Shown here: positions 1 through 8,283 of the stretch, piece after piece | How the letters are laid out: each line of letters begins with the position of its first letter | Position numbering within the stretch: position 1 is the stretch's first letter | Assembly (NCBI GenBank): GCA_963700635.1 | Contig: CAVOYH010000003.1 | Coordinates: 1,280,001 to 1,344,000 of the forward strand | Length of the DNA: 64,000 nucleotides | Source: an uncultured Bacteroidota bacterium | Lineage (GTDB): Bacteria > Bacteroidota > Ignavibacteria > UBA10030 > UBA6906 | Reading direction: 5' to 3' | Notes under the pieces: generated by a model | Seen by the model: only the letters and a program-made list of their open reading frames with translations | Databases searched by the model: none | Told to the model about the DNA's origin: nothing | Made by a program: the position numbers and the translations under genes

Positions 1-267
1 ACCGAGCGACTCAAATTGAACAACATCAACACTCGAAAGTCGTTCGCCCAGCGTCTCATCATTCACGACATCCGTCACCCAGTAGGCAAAGTCATTCGGG
101 GGCTCAGGCGAAAGAAAATGATGCTGGAGGAGGAACCGGTGCGTGTGGTAGTATAATGATGAGTCCGGAATAGCCCGGATACCATCGAGCAGCGTCCGCA
201 GGTTTTTTGCCTTGCGGCCGAGAAGAATTGTCTGGTCATATTTTGTGTTGAATACGAATGGGGTCAT
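1..267 (-). CDS. DUF5752-family protein, partial (runs off the window edge)
   Basis: My translation: MTPFVFNTKYDQTILLGRKAKNLRTLLDGIRAIPDSSLYYHTHRFLLQHHFLSPEPPNDFAYWV. The SLYYH and NDFAxWV motifs are typical of DUF5752. Not in the ORF track. Confidence 0.7.
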   Translation of the reverse strand, partial: MTPFVFNTKYDQTILLGRKAKNLRTLLDGIRAIPDSSLYYHTHRFLLQHHFLSPEPPNDFAYWVTDVVNDETLGERLSSVDVVQFESLG

Positions 268-307
268 GATACCTTGCCGTTTATGCTGGTGTGAAGATCA
301 GGCAACC

Positions 308-433
308 TCAGAACACTCCAAATGACTTCAGAACAAGGCCGATCAGGCCGAACACAATGATCCCGAGCACGAGCACCAACTCCCAGGAGACACCGTCCGG
401 GGTTTGCGATGATTCTGAGCGCTTTTCTTTCAT
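308..433 (-). CDS. Small single-pass membrane protein (41 aa)
   Basis: MKEKRSESSQTPDGVSWELVLVLGIIVFGLIGLVLKSFGVF*; GAGGAA RBS upstream; clear TM helix; same orientation as the DUF5752 gene. Confidence 0.6.
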   Translation of the reverse strand: MKEKRSESSQTPDGVSWELVLVLGIIVFGLIGLVLKSFGVF

Positions 434-444
434 GGGGCACTTCC

Positions 445-660
445 TCATTCATGCGGGTAAGAAACGCCCCCCCCGGCAAAGGATGGCGGGGAAGTGCAAG
501 GCGAGGGAAGATGAGCGTAACTTTCGTCAGTCGCCGAGAACGCAGGGCGGAAGCCTCCGCACCTCAGCAGGGCGAGGGACGGGAGAACACGTACGCAGCT
601 CGTCATCGCCTGGAGAAGCGCAAGCAGGATGCAGGAGGCACTCTGGAGTGTTTTTATCAT
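445..660 (-). CDS. Putative short leader/secreted peptide (71 aa)
   Basis: ATG at 660 just downstream of a strong promoter; hydrophobic N-terminus (MIKTLQSASCILLALLQAMTSC) and Pro-rich tail. Confidence 0.3.
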   Translation of the reverse strand: MIKTLQSASCILLALLQAMTSCVRVLPSLALLRCGGFRPAFSATDESYAHLPSPCTSPPSFAGGGVSYPHE

Positions 661-686
661 ACGACCGTATGACGTTCTCTTATTCA

Positions 687-714
687 ATTCTACGAAACGA
701 GGGGAGAATGTCAA
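687..714 (-). promoter_or_regulatory. Sigma70-type promoter for the leftward operon
   Basis: Minus strand TTGACA (714-709), 16 nt spacer, TAGAAT (692-687). Confidence 0.55.
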
Positions 715-870
715 GCAGAAAACGCACGGTACGCCTGAGAAGCGCTCACTTGGCATTCGTATTGATTTTCCTTACCTTACGATCATAGTGTCCGAAACCT
801 CCTCCGTGTCGGATCCGCTGTGATAGTGCTGAACTTCAAGTGATTCTAGAATTCCAGGTGAATCCCCACT

Positions 871-1872
871 ATGAACTCCCGTGAACGCGTCTATGCCACA
901 CTGACCCATACGCCGCCCGACCGCGTTCCGCGCGACCTCTGGGTGCTTCCGTATGTTTCTCTTTTTCGGACGACGGAACTCAACGCGCTCCTGCGAAAAT
1001 GTCCGATGGATTTTGAAAGCCCGGAGCTTAGCCCGGGTTCGAATGACCGGGATCTCCAGCGTTTTGCCCGGGTGGGGACCTACACGGACGAGTGGGGAAG
1101 CGTGTGGCATGTTGCAGAACCGGGGGTTGTCGGCGAAGTCAAGGATCCCATTCTCTCTGATTGGGGCCGCCTCAGTCATTTCGGACCGCCCCGGGATTTT
1201 GGCCGGTCACGAGACTGGGACCATGTCAACAGAACGTGCGAGAGTTCTGAGAAGTTTGTGCTCTCCGGTGTGTGCGCCAGGCCCTTCGAACGGCTCCAGT
1301 TCTTGCGCGGCACGGAAAATCTCTACATGGATCTTGCCTACGATTCCCCCGAAGTCCGCGCGCTGATCACCATGGTTCATGAGTACTATCGTGAAGAAGT
1401 TGCACTCTGGTCCCGTTCTTCCGTTGACGGTGTCATGCTCATGGACGACTGGGGGTCCAATACGTCCTTGTTGATACGTCCGGACATGTGGCGAGCGGTA
1501 TTCAAGCCGCTGTACAGGGACTATTGTGAGATCATCCATAGTGCGGGCAAGTATGTGTTTTTTCATTCAGACGGGAATATCGAGGCGATTTATCCCGATC
1601 TCATCGAGGTGGGGGTGGATGTCCTCAATTCACAGCTTTTCTGCATGAACATCGAAGACCTGGGAGCCCGGTACAGGGGAAAACTCACGTTCTGGGGCGA
1701 AATCGACCGTCAGCATGTGCTCCCGTTCGGCACACCCGCCGAGGTGGCCGGTGCGGTGAACCGCGTGCGCGCAGCCCTTGATCGTGGAAAAGGAGGGGTC
1801 ATTGCGCAGTGTGAGTGGGGGAAGGACAATCCTGCTGAAAATATCGAAGCGGTGTTCAAAGCCTGGGAGTGA
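871..1872 (+). CDS. Uroporphyrinogen decarboxylase / MtaA-CmuA methyltransferase family protein
   Basis: MNSRERV..PDRVP start, DEWG, LRG.ENLYMD, DDWG, FHSDG, WGEIDRQ and GTPAEV motifs. Confidence 0.85.
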   Translation: MNSRERVYATLTHTPPDRVPRDLWVLPYVSLFRTTELNALLRKCPMDFESPELSPGSNDRDLQRFARVGTYTDEWGSVWHVAEPGVVGEVKDPILSDWGRLSHFGPPRDFGRSRDWDHVNRTCESSEKFVLSGVCARPFERLQFLRGTENLYMDLAYDSPEVRALITMVHEYYREEVALWSRSSVDGVMLMDDWGSNTSLLIRPDMWRAVFKPLYRDYCEIIHSAGKYVFFHSDGNIEAIYPDLIEVGVDVLNSQLFCMNIEDLGARYRGKLTFWGEIDRQHVLPFGTPAEVAGAVNRVRAALDRGKGGVIAQCEWGKDNPAENIEAVFKAWE

Positions 1873-1893
1873 ATGAGCCATCCGGTGGAGTGA

Positions 1894-2850
1894 TCAGGGT
1901 GTATAGGTGCCCTCGCGCCTCCAGATGTCTAGCATAAGCTCATAACGGGACAGTGGTAAGCCGGTAAACACACAATTACTTGTTGAAAAGACATATCCCC
2001 CGCCCGGCATACCATGACGGAGCGCGTACCGCACATTTTCTTCCACCTCTTCCGGCGTTCCAGACTGCAGCAGTCCGCAATTGACGTTGCCGATGAGGCA
2101 GACTCGATGGCCAAACCGCATCTTCACATCAGCGATGTCTATTCCCGCCTGCGGATCCAGTGAGTGGAGCGCATGCGGGTTTGCGTCCACCAGTTGATCG
2201 AGGATCGGCCGGATGTTACCATCGGTATGTTTAATCGTGTAGAATCCGAGCGCACGATACGCTGTAATTGTGCTGGTGAGGTAGGGTGCGATAAATTCGG
2301 CAAACATGGCCGGACTGAGAAATGGGCCTTCGTTAAAACAATAGTCGGAGCAGAGGGCAAAACCATCGAGTCCGCCATGGCGTTGTAGTACTTCGGCCCT
2401 GCGGAGTGCCCGTTCAACACGGCGCTGTGCCTCCTCATGCATCGCGCCGCCATCATCGGCAATGCGGTAGCAGAACTCGGTCAGGCGTTCCCCCTCTGGT
2501 ATCTCGAATGTGGGGTCGCCGTGCATCATCAGAAAATACCGATCACCGCTGCGCTTCCGCACCACATCAATAAGCCGTTGTGCCTCCTCAAGAGTATCCG
2601 GATTCGGGTGGAGGAAGATGGCGTCATGGTCGTATTTCTCCGCTGTCTTCAGATAGATATCCGCCATATCGATCCGGTGAAGCTCACGTTCCCGTTCCTC
2701 CATTTGATCCCATTGGGTGTACGAGCGGTGGAGTGGATGCACCCGTCCGAATGCTTCCATGGTGAGATAGAAGACAAGCTCGAAGTGGGGGACACGTCCT
2801 GTCAGGGGTCGCCGTTCCAGGGCGGCGATGAATCGTTGCCGGGGGGTCAC
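1894..2850 (-). CDS. Uroporphyrinogen decarboxylase family protein
   Basis: TPRQRF..ALE start, KHTDGN, LIGNVNC, GTPEEV, GGGYVFSTSN. Start moved to GTG 2850 to avoid overlap with the upstream gene. Confidence 0.85.
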   Translation of the reverse strand: MTPRQRFIAALERRPLTGRVPHFELVFYLTMEAFGRVHPLHRSYTQWDQMEERERELHRIDMADIYLKTAEKYDHDAIFLHPNPDTLEEAQRLIDVVRKRSGDRYFLMMHGDPTFEIPEGERLTEFCYRIADDGGAMHEEAQRRVERALRRAEVLQRHGGLDGFALCSDYCFNEGPFLSPAMFAEFIAPYLTSTITAYRALGFYTIKHTDGNIRPILDQLVDANPHALHSLDPQAGIDIADVKMRFGHRVCLIGNVNCGLLQSGTPEEVEENVRYALRHGMPGGGYVFSTSNCVFTGLPLSRYELMLDIWRREGTYTP

Positions 2851-2858
2851 AGCATGGA

Positions 2859-3344
2859 TCACGATTTGTACAATCCGTACACGGTCAGGAGCCACGGCAG
2901 AATACTGGCGTACCAGGCGACCTGTGCCCGCTGGATCCACCGGTACTTCTGCGATGCAATCTCCGCAGTGCGGTGGGTCTGCCGGATCAGATCGTCCAGA
3001 TAATCTTCCTGCGACATCGTTTTTACTGTTTCCGCGTAGGCATCTCGTTTTTGCTTTGCAATACTGCCGAAAAAAATGATGGAGAAACTTCCACGGGATG
3101 TTCGCGGGACGGAACTCAAAGACAAAAACAGGAGTCCCATCAACAGACCGAACGCCGAAGCGGCGGCAAGCAGGATCAGCCAGATTGAGAGCCCCTCGGG
3201 TCGGGTAATCAACGCTGCCAGAACCGCGAGCATGGTCGTATTGATCCCTATCAGGGTGGCCACTTTGTTGTCGGCTGCGACATTGGTCTTAAGCTGCCGG
3301 GTAAGGGTGAGTTCCATCATCGTAATGCGGCGTGGGGTATCCAT
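2859..3344 (-). CDS. Pycsar-effector-type (PycTM / DUF5706-like) membrane protein
   Basis: ADNK motif, two TM helices, then PR...SIIFFGSI, a helix ending IASQKY, and a third C-terminal TM; 161 aa. Confidence 0.7.
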   Translation of the reverse strand: MDTPRRITMMELTLTRQLKTNVAADNKVATLIGINTTMLAVLAALITRPEGLSIWLILLAAASAFGLLMGLLFLSLSSVPRTSRGSFSIIFFGSIAKQKRDAYAETVKTMSQEDYLDDLIRQTHRTAEIASQKYRWIQRAQVAWYASILPWLLTVYGLYKS

Positions 3345-3511
3345 TCTGACCTTCCGAGTGATCTTTCCAGACTATGGGATGAAGATAGTAAGAAATCCCG
3401 CCGGACGCCAATCACGTACAGAGGGAATCTCCTGAAAAGACTCAAAGATTCGCGGTTCCAGGGAGTGCGAAGAGATATTTGACTATATTCACTATGAGGC
3501 CAATTCTGCAT

Positions 3512-3590
3512 ATTGGATCGCTCCAATTCGCTCAAGATGGCGCTTGTACATGAAACTACTGGTCTGTATAATGTATTGGAAGGGTCCAAT
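3512..3590. promoter_or_regulatory. Two palindromic operators ATTGGA-N4-TCCAAT plus a promoter for the MocR gene
   Basis: Palindromes at 3512-3527 and 3575-3590; TTGTAC (3544-3549), 17 nt, TATAAT (3567-3572). Confidence 0.7.
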
Positions 3591-3612
3591 TTCAGGATAA
3601 GGAAATCAGAGA

Positions 3613-5124
3613 GTGAACCTGTCAATTGACAGAGAGAGTTCCACTCCGATCTACCGACAGATCATCCGGCAGATACGGGACTTGATTATTTCCGGACAAC
3701 TTCCGCCGGGTTTCCGCCTCCCCCCGGAGCGGCGTCTGGCGGCAGCGCTTGACGTGGCCCGGACGACTGTCGTCAGCGCCTATGACGAGCTCAAGGCAGA
3801 AGGGCTTCTGGATGCACGTGTAGGTCGCGGGACAGTTGTGCTTTCCCCGCGCCATGGTGAGGCCCACGCTGAGACCGGTCGGAGTATTCCCTGGCTGCAT
3901 CTCTTTCATGATGAGGGGCAACGTCCGCCAGACCCCCTCGTACGAAACCTCCTTGAGACGAGCATGCGCCCGGGCGTGATCTCCTTTGCGGTAGGTCTCC
4001 CTTCTCCGCGACTGCTCCCCATACCGGATATCCAGCAGCTGGTGCATCGCCTGTTCGCCGATGTGGGGCCGCAACTTCTTCTCCAGACCCCGACCGAAGG
4101 CCATCTTCCGCTGCGGGAGTCGCTCTGCAAGTGGTTCACCACCAGGGGCGTAGTTTGCTCGGCCGATGAAATCCTGATTCTCTCCGGTTCCCAACAGGGC
4201 CTCCATCTCGCTGCGCGGCTTTTCCTTAACCCGGGCGACACCGTCATCGTCGAGGCTCCCACATATTTTGGTGCCCTTGAAGCCTTCCGCAGAGCAGGGG
4301 CACGGATCGTGGACGTGCCGGTGGATGCTGAGGGAATGCAGGTCGACATTTTTGCTTCTCTGCTGCGCCACCACCGGCCACGACTTCTGTATCTTCTGCC
4401 CACGTTTCAGAATCCGTCCGGATCGGTGCTGAGTCTGGACCGACGCCGGCAGTTGTTGCAGGTAGCCGGCCGGCATGGTATTCCTGTGTTGGAAGACGAC
4501 ACCTACTCGGAGCTCCGCTACGAGGGGACACCACTCCCGTCGCTCAAGGCGATGGATGACGGTGGGATCGTCATGAGCCTCGGCACGGTCTCGAAAATGC
4601 TCTTCCCCGGATTGCGGCTCGGCTGGCTTGTTGCGCCACGCCCGGTGATCCGCCGTTTTGCACTTGCCAAACAAACCGACGATCTCCACTCAAGCACGAT
4701 CGGGCAGTGGATTCTGGAGAGTATGATCCGCGAGGGCAAGCTCGAGAGACATCTGGCGGCAGTGCGGGAAGCCTATCGCCTGCAGCGAGACACCATGGGC
4801 CACGCTCTGAAGGCCGCCGCAGTCGACGGCATTCGCTGGCACGTCCCGGAAGGTGGATTCTACTTCTGGATTGAATTACCCCGCGCCGTCGACCGGGCCC
4901 GCCTGAGTGCAGTGGCGGCAGAACGCGGCGTGAGCTTTCTTTTCGGACACGCATGTTTCGCCGAAGAACCCCCCGCGAACATGATCCGGCTGAACTTTAC
5001 GTTCCCGACCGTCGAAGAGATACGGGACGGCATCCCCCGCTTGCTTCATGCGGTCCGCGACGTGCTCGGCAGCAGCGGCGGAGTGGGGGCGCATCATCAT
5101 ACAGCAACCAGGCCACTTGTGTAG
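3613..5124 (+). CDS. GntR/MocR-family regulator (wHTH + PLP aminotransferase-like domain)
   Basis: PIYRQI...LPPERRLA..L.V.R.TV..AY..L..EG HTH; FQNPSG, EDDTY, GTVSK...PGLRLG. Confidence 0.92.
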   Translation: MNLSIDRESSTPIYRQIIRQIRDLIISGQLPPGFRLPPERRLAAALDVARTTVVSAYDELKAEGLLDARVGRGTVVLSPRHGEAHAETGRSIPWLHLFHDEGQRPPDPLVRNLLETSMRPGVISFAVGLPSPRLLPIPDIQQLVHRLFADVGPQLLLQTPTEGHLPLRESLCKWFTTRGVVCSADEILILSGSQQGLHLAARLFLNPGDTVIVEAPTYFGALEAFRRAGARIVDVPVDAEGMQVDIFASLLRHHRPRLLYLLPTFQNPSGSVLSLDRRRQLLQVAGRHGIPVLEDDTYSELRYEGTPLPSLKAMDDGGIVMSLGTVSKMLFPGLRLGWLVAPRPVIRRFALAKQTDDLHSSTIGQWILESMIREGKLERHLAAVREAYRLQRDTMGHALKAAAVDGIRWHVPEGGFYFWIELPRAVDRARLSAVAAERGVSFLFGHACFAEEPPANMIRLNFTFPTVEEIRDGIPRLLHAVRDVLGSSGGVGAHHHTATRPLV

Positions 5125-5151
5125 CACACGACAATGTGAAGGAGTGTCACT

Positions 5152-6366
5152 ATGGATACACGGTTTGCAGCCCGCATGGGAATTCTCAGGGCATCCGACA
5201 TCCGTGAGATTTTGAAGGTAACGCAGGATCCTTCCATAATTTCGTTCGCGGGGGGGCTCCCTGCCCCCGAGCTGTTTCCTGCCGCGGCGATCGCCGAATG
5301 CGCCGTTACCGTGCTCTCGACTCAGGGAGAAATCGCCCTGCAGTATTCTCCCACAGAGGGGTTTTTCAGGCTCAGACAGATCATAGCAGACCGGATGAAT
5401 GTGCTCTGGAAGACGCATCTGATGGCGGAAGAGATTCTCGTGACGACGGGATCGCAACAGGGTCTGGATCTGACCGGCAAACTGTTTCTGGATGAAGGGG
5501 ACATTGTGCTGTGCGAGAGTCCGACCTATCTCGGCGCCATCATGGCGTTTAATGTGTTCAGACCCCGATGGATGGAAGTGCCGACCGACGATGCGGGGAT
5601 GGAGATGGAGGCACTGGAGGAGGCGTTACGCAGCAATGACCGTGTAAAATTGATCTATACGGTGCCGAATTTCCAGAATCCGACCGGCCGGAGCTGGTCT
5701 GACGGCCGGCGGGAACGGCTTGTGTATCTTGCGGCCAAGTATGCAGTCCCTGTGATCGAGGACAACCCCTATGGTGAACTCTGTTTTGAAGGTCCGTCTC
5801 CGAAGGCCATCCAGGCAATGGATCCGCGCGGGTTGGTGATTTCGCTCGGAACATTCTCCAAGATCTTTTGCCCGGGGCTTCGTCTCGGATGGGTCGCCGC
5901 ACACAGGCGGTTTCTTGACAAGTACGTGGTCCTGAAGCAGGCCGGCGACCTGCACACCTCCACGATGGATCAGATGGTTGCGGCGTCGTATCTGGATACG
6001 TATGATCTGGAGGAAGATATCACGCACAAGCGCGAAGTCTACAGGAAGCGGCGTGATGCCATGGCGATGGCTCTCGAAGCTGAAATGCCGCCAGGGGTAG
6101 GCTTCACGCGTCCCAGCGGCGGTCTGTTTCTGTGGGTGGAACTGCCGGAGAAGATGGATGCCCGGCGTCTCCTGGTTCGTTCGCTCGACCGGGGAGTAGC
6201 GTTTGTCCCGGGCGAGCCGTTCTTTCCGACGAGCGGGAGGAAGAACACCATGCGGTTGAATTACTCAAACATGCCGGAGGAGCGCATTATTGAAGGCGTC
6301 CGACGGCTTGCAGCGGCGGTGCGCGAGGAACTCGGGGTCGGACGCGAGGCGGCGGCCCCCGTCTGA
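5152..6366 (+). CDS. PLP-dependent aminotransferase class I (LysN / 2-aminoadipate transaminase-like)
   Basis: ISFAGGLP, TGSQQGL, FQNPTG, EDNPY, GTFSK..PGLRLG, MRLNYS; AAGGAG RBS. Confidence 0.9.
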   Translation: MDTRFAARMGILRASDIREILKVTQDPSIISFAGGLPAPELFPAAAIAECAVTVLSTQGEIALQYSPTEGFFRLRQIIADRMNVLWKTHLMAEEILVTTGSQQGLDLTGKLFLDEGDIVLCESPTYLGAIMAFNVFRPRWMEVPTDDAGMEMEALEEALRSNDRVKLIYTVPNFQNPTGRSWSDGRRERLVYLAAKYAVPVIEDNPYGELCFEGPSPKAIQAMDPRGLVISLGTFSKIFCPGLRLGWVAAHRRFLDKYVVLKQAGDLHTSTMDQMVAASYLDTYDLEEDITHKREVYRKRRDAMAMALEAEMPPGVGFTRPSGGLFLWVELPEKMDARRLLVRSLDRGVAFVPGEPFFPTSGRKNTMRLNYSNMPEERIIEGVRRLAAAVREELGVGREAAAPV

Positions 6367-6382
6367 TACAGGATAACAACGA

Positions 6383-6411
6383 AAGGCCGTGGTCAAAAGA
6401 ACCACGGCCTT
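6383..6411. terminator. Hairpin between convergent genes
   Basis: AAGGCCGTGGT-caaaaga-ACCACGGCCTT, a perfect 11-bp stem. Confidence 0.7.
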
Positions 6412-6462
6412 CCGGGTACGTCTGCGTGCGCTCTTCATACACGCATAGTGTGTTGGCGCAGT

Positions 6463-7581
6463 CTACTTCACGAGTGACATCTTTCGTGTTGAAGAATACA
6501 CCCCTGCCTGCATCCGGGAGAAGTACACGCCGGAGGCAACTTTTTTCCCGTCAAGGTCCGTGCCGTCCCAGTCTACAGTGTATGTGCCGGGGGCATAATC
6601 CCTGTAGTCAATCAGTTCTTTGACCAGGCGGCCGTGCACATCGTAAATGGCCAGATCGACCCGTTGTGCCTGCGGAAGGGAGAACTGGATCCGGGTTTCG
6701 GGGTTGAACGGGTTTGGAAAGTTCTGTGACAGGTGATACGTTGCCGGCGGACCGGTAAGAGCCGCAACCGCTGATTGCACGTGCGGGTCTCCATGGCACT
6801 GCTTGCATTCCATCTTGGCCGCAACAGTGTCAGTGGCTGCCGAACCGTGGCAGGTCATGCAGCCGGTGACGGAAGCAGGGACAACGTACAGTGGTGAAAA
6901 CGTGCCTGCCAGCTCGTCATTCAGGATCTTTGCAGCGTATGCGGCGCAATCGCCGGTCAACCTGGCGCATCGTTCTTTCCGTTCGGTTGATCCGGTCTTG
7001 TACTGCGAGAGTTTTACCCAGTCGGCGACGGAAGCGTGGCAGAGCACTGACCCGCTCACGTTCTGGGGGAGGACCTTGTCACATCTGTTTTCAGTGAAGG
7101 TGTGATTGGAGGCCCTGTCATTGCTGATATCTGAGGGGAATTTCACCTGCGTGTACCAGCCGAACAGCTCGTTGATGAGGACGTCGGAGCGGGCTTTGAG
7201 GCACACAAGGGATATCAAGGCGGCAGCGCCGTTGATGGCACCGCAGGTTCCACCCCATCCTACCCCACCGCCATGCCCGTACACCATAATCTCCGATGGA
7301 AAAGAACTGTAGGGTTCGCCCACGGTCTCTCCCAGAGCGCGAGCGAGCGCATAGAATGCGCCATAGCTGCACCCCTTGCCGGAATAGAAGGCCTGATGTC
7401 CATAGTTCCGTACCACCTCGACGTCAAGAGTCTGATAGGGGTAGGGCCATGTGGCATAGACCTGGCTTGCGGTAGTGTGCGAACGGGAAACGAGACTGAG
7501 TGCTCCGGCACCGACGGCCATAGCGGCAACAGCTTTTGTGCTATTCTGCAGGAACTGCTTGCGGGACAATGCTTCTGACAT
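6463..7581 (-). CDS. Split-Soret cytochrome c / C-GCAxxG-C-C family diheme protein with T9SS/FlgD-like C-terminal domain
   Basis: Tat-like signal SRKQFL plus hydrophobic stretch; GCSYG, GWGGTCGAING, LCHASV, ERCARLTGD; two CxxCH (CMTCH, CKQCH); tail LSQNFPNPFNPET...WDG...ASGVYF. GGAGG RBS before ATG 7581. Confidence 0.8.
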   Translation of the reverse strand: MSEALSRKQFLQNSTKAVAAMAVGAGALSLVSRSHTTASQVYATWPYPYQTLDVEVVRNYGHQAFYSGKGCSYGAFYALARALGETVGEPYSSFPSEIMVYGHGGGVGWGGTCGAINGAAALISLVCLKARSDVLINELFGWYTQVKFPSDISNDRASNHTFTENRCDKVLPQNVSGSVLCHASVADWVKLSQYKTGSTERKERCARLTGDCAAYAAKILNDELAGTFSPLYVVPASVTGCMTCHGSAATDTVAAKMECKQCHGDPHVQSAVAALTGPPATYHLSQNFPNPFNPETRIQFSLPQAQRVDLAIYDVHGRLVKELIDYRDYAPGTYTVDWDGTDLDGKKVASGVYFSRMQAGVYSSTRKMSLVK

Positions 7582-7635
7582 GTCACCTCCGGGAATGAAT
7601 GATGAAAATGTTCCCATGCGAGCCACGGGAACGGA

Positions 7636-8094
7636 CTACGTGTCTTCGTGTAACCATCTGTCCAGTGAACCGAATAACTGTTCCAGCGCATGGACGATGG
7701 GCTGGTGCAATTCTGCCGGGATGTCCTTGAGGATCTCTTTGTGAATATCGATATAGCGGGACTCCAGACGCTGGGACAGGGTAGCTCCTTTTGGTGTAAG
7801 GGATACGCGCACACTACGCCTATCCTGCGGCTCGATGGCCCGGATGAGAAATCCTTTTGCTTCAAGGCTTGCCGCAATTTTGCTAAAACTGCTCCCTCCA
7901 ACCCCGCTCTCATCGATGACATCTTTAACCTGTCTGATCTTGGAGGTCCGGAATGCACGGAGGATCCTGAATTCGGTGACGGTGAGCCCGAATTGTTTGG
8001 CTATTCTCTCTTCCTTTTTCTGACAGCTTGAGAGCAGCTTGAATGTAAGATCCGCGACATCAGCTGCCTGCGTTTCCGGTAGGGAGGTTTCCAT
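7636..8094 (-). CDS. MarR-family transcriptional regulator
   Basis: GLT..EFRIL, LE.KG.L.R...PQDRRSV.V.LT.KG; GGAG RBS before ATG 8094. Confidence 0.88.
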   Translation of the reverse strand: METSLPETQAADVADLTFKLLSSCQKKEERIAKQFGLTVTEFRILRAFRTSKIRQVKDVIDESGVGGSSFSKIAASLEAKGFLIRAIEPQDRRSVRVSLTPKGATLSQRLESRYIDIHKEILKDIPAELHQPIVHALEQLFGSLDRWLHEDT

Positions 8095-8116
8095 TGTGTC
8101 GTACTCCAATTATGTC

Positions 8117-8145
8117 ATTATGCAAATATTTATTAGTATAAGCAA
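8117..8145 (-). promoter_or_regulatory. Promoter for the marR-cytochrome operon
   Basis: Minus strand TTGCTT (8145-8140), 17 nt, CATAAT (8122-8117), within an AT-rich stretch. Confidence 0.55.
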
Positions 8146-8228
8146 TCAGGGTGACACTTTTTTTGACGAGATTAGGGTATTTATTGAGAAATGAGGATGT
8201 TATTCCCGGCAGCATGTTGAATAATGTC

Positions 8229-8273
8229 TTGACATTCACAGGTGTGAAAAGTATATTAATGCAAACGATTGCA
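8229..8273 (+). promoter_or_regulatory. Sigma70 promoter plus LacI-family operator
   Basis: TTGACA (8229-8234), 17 nt, TATATT (8252-8257); palindrome TGCAAACGATTGCA (8260-8273) with the central CG typical of LacI/GalR operators. Confidence 0.75.
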
Positions 8274-8283
8274 CCTATTAGAA

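Noticed and set aside
291-788. 165-aa + strand ORF
   Set aside because: Low-complexity Arg/Ser-rich translation that overlaps better-supported minus-strand small ORFs and their promoter.
3622-4689. 355-aa antisense ORF
   Set aside because: Shadow of the MocR gene; no motifs; long antisense frames are common at this GC content.
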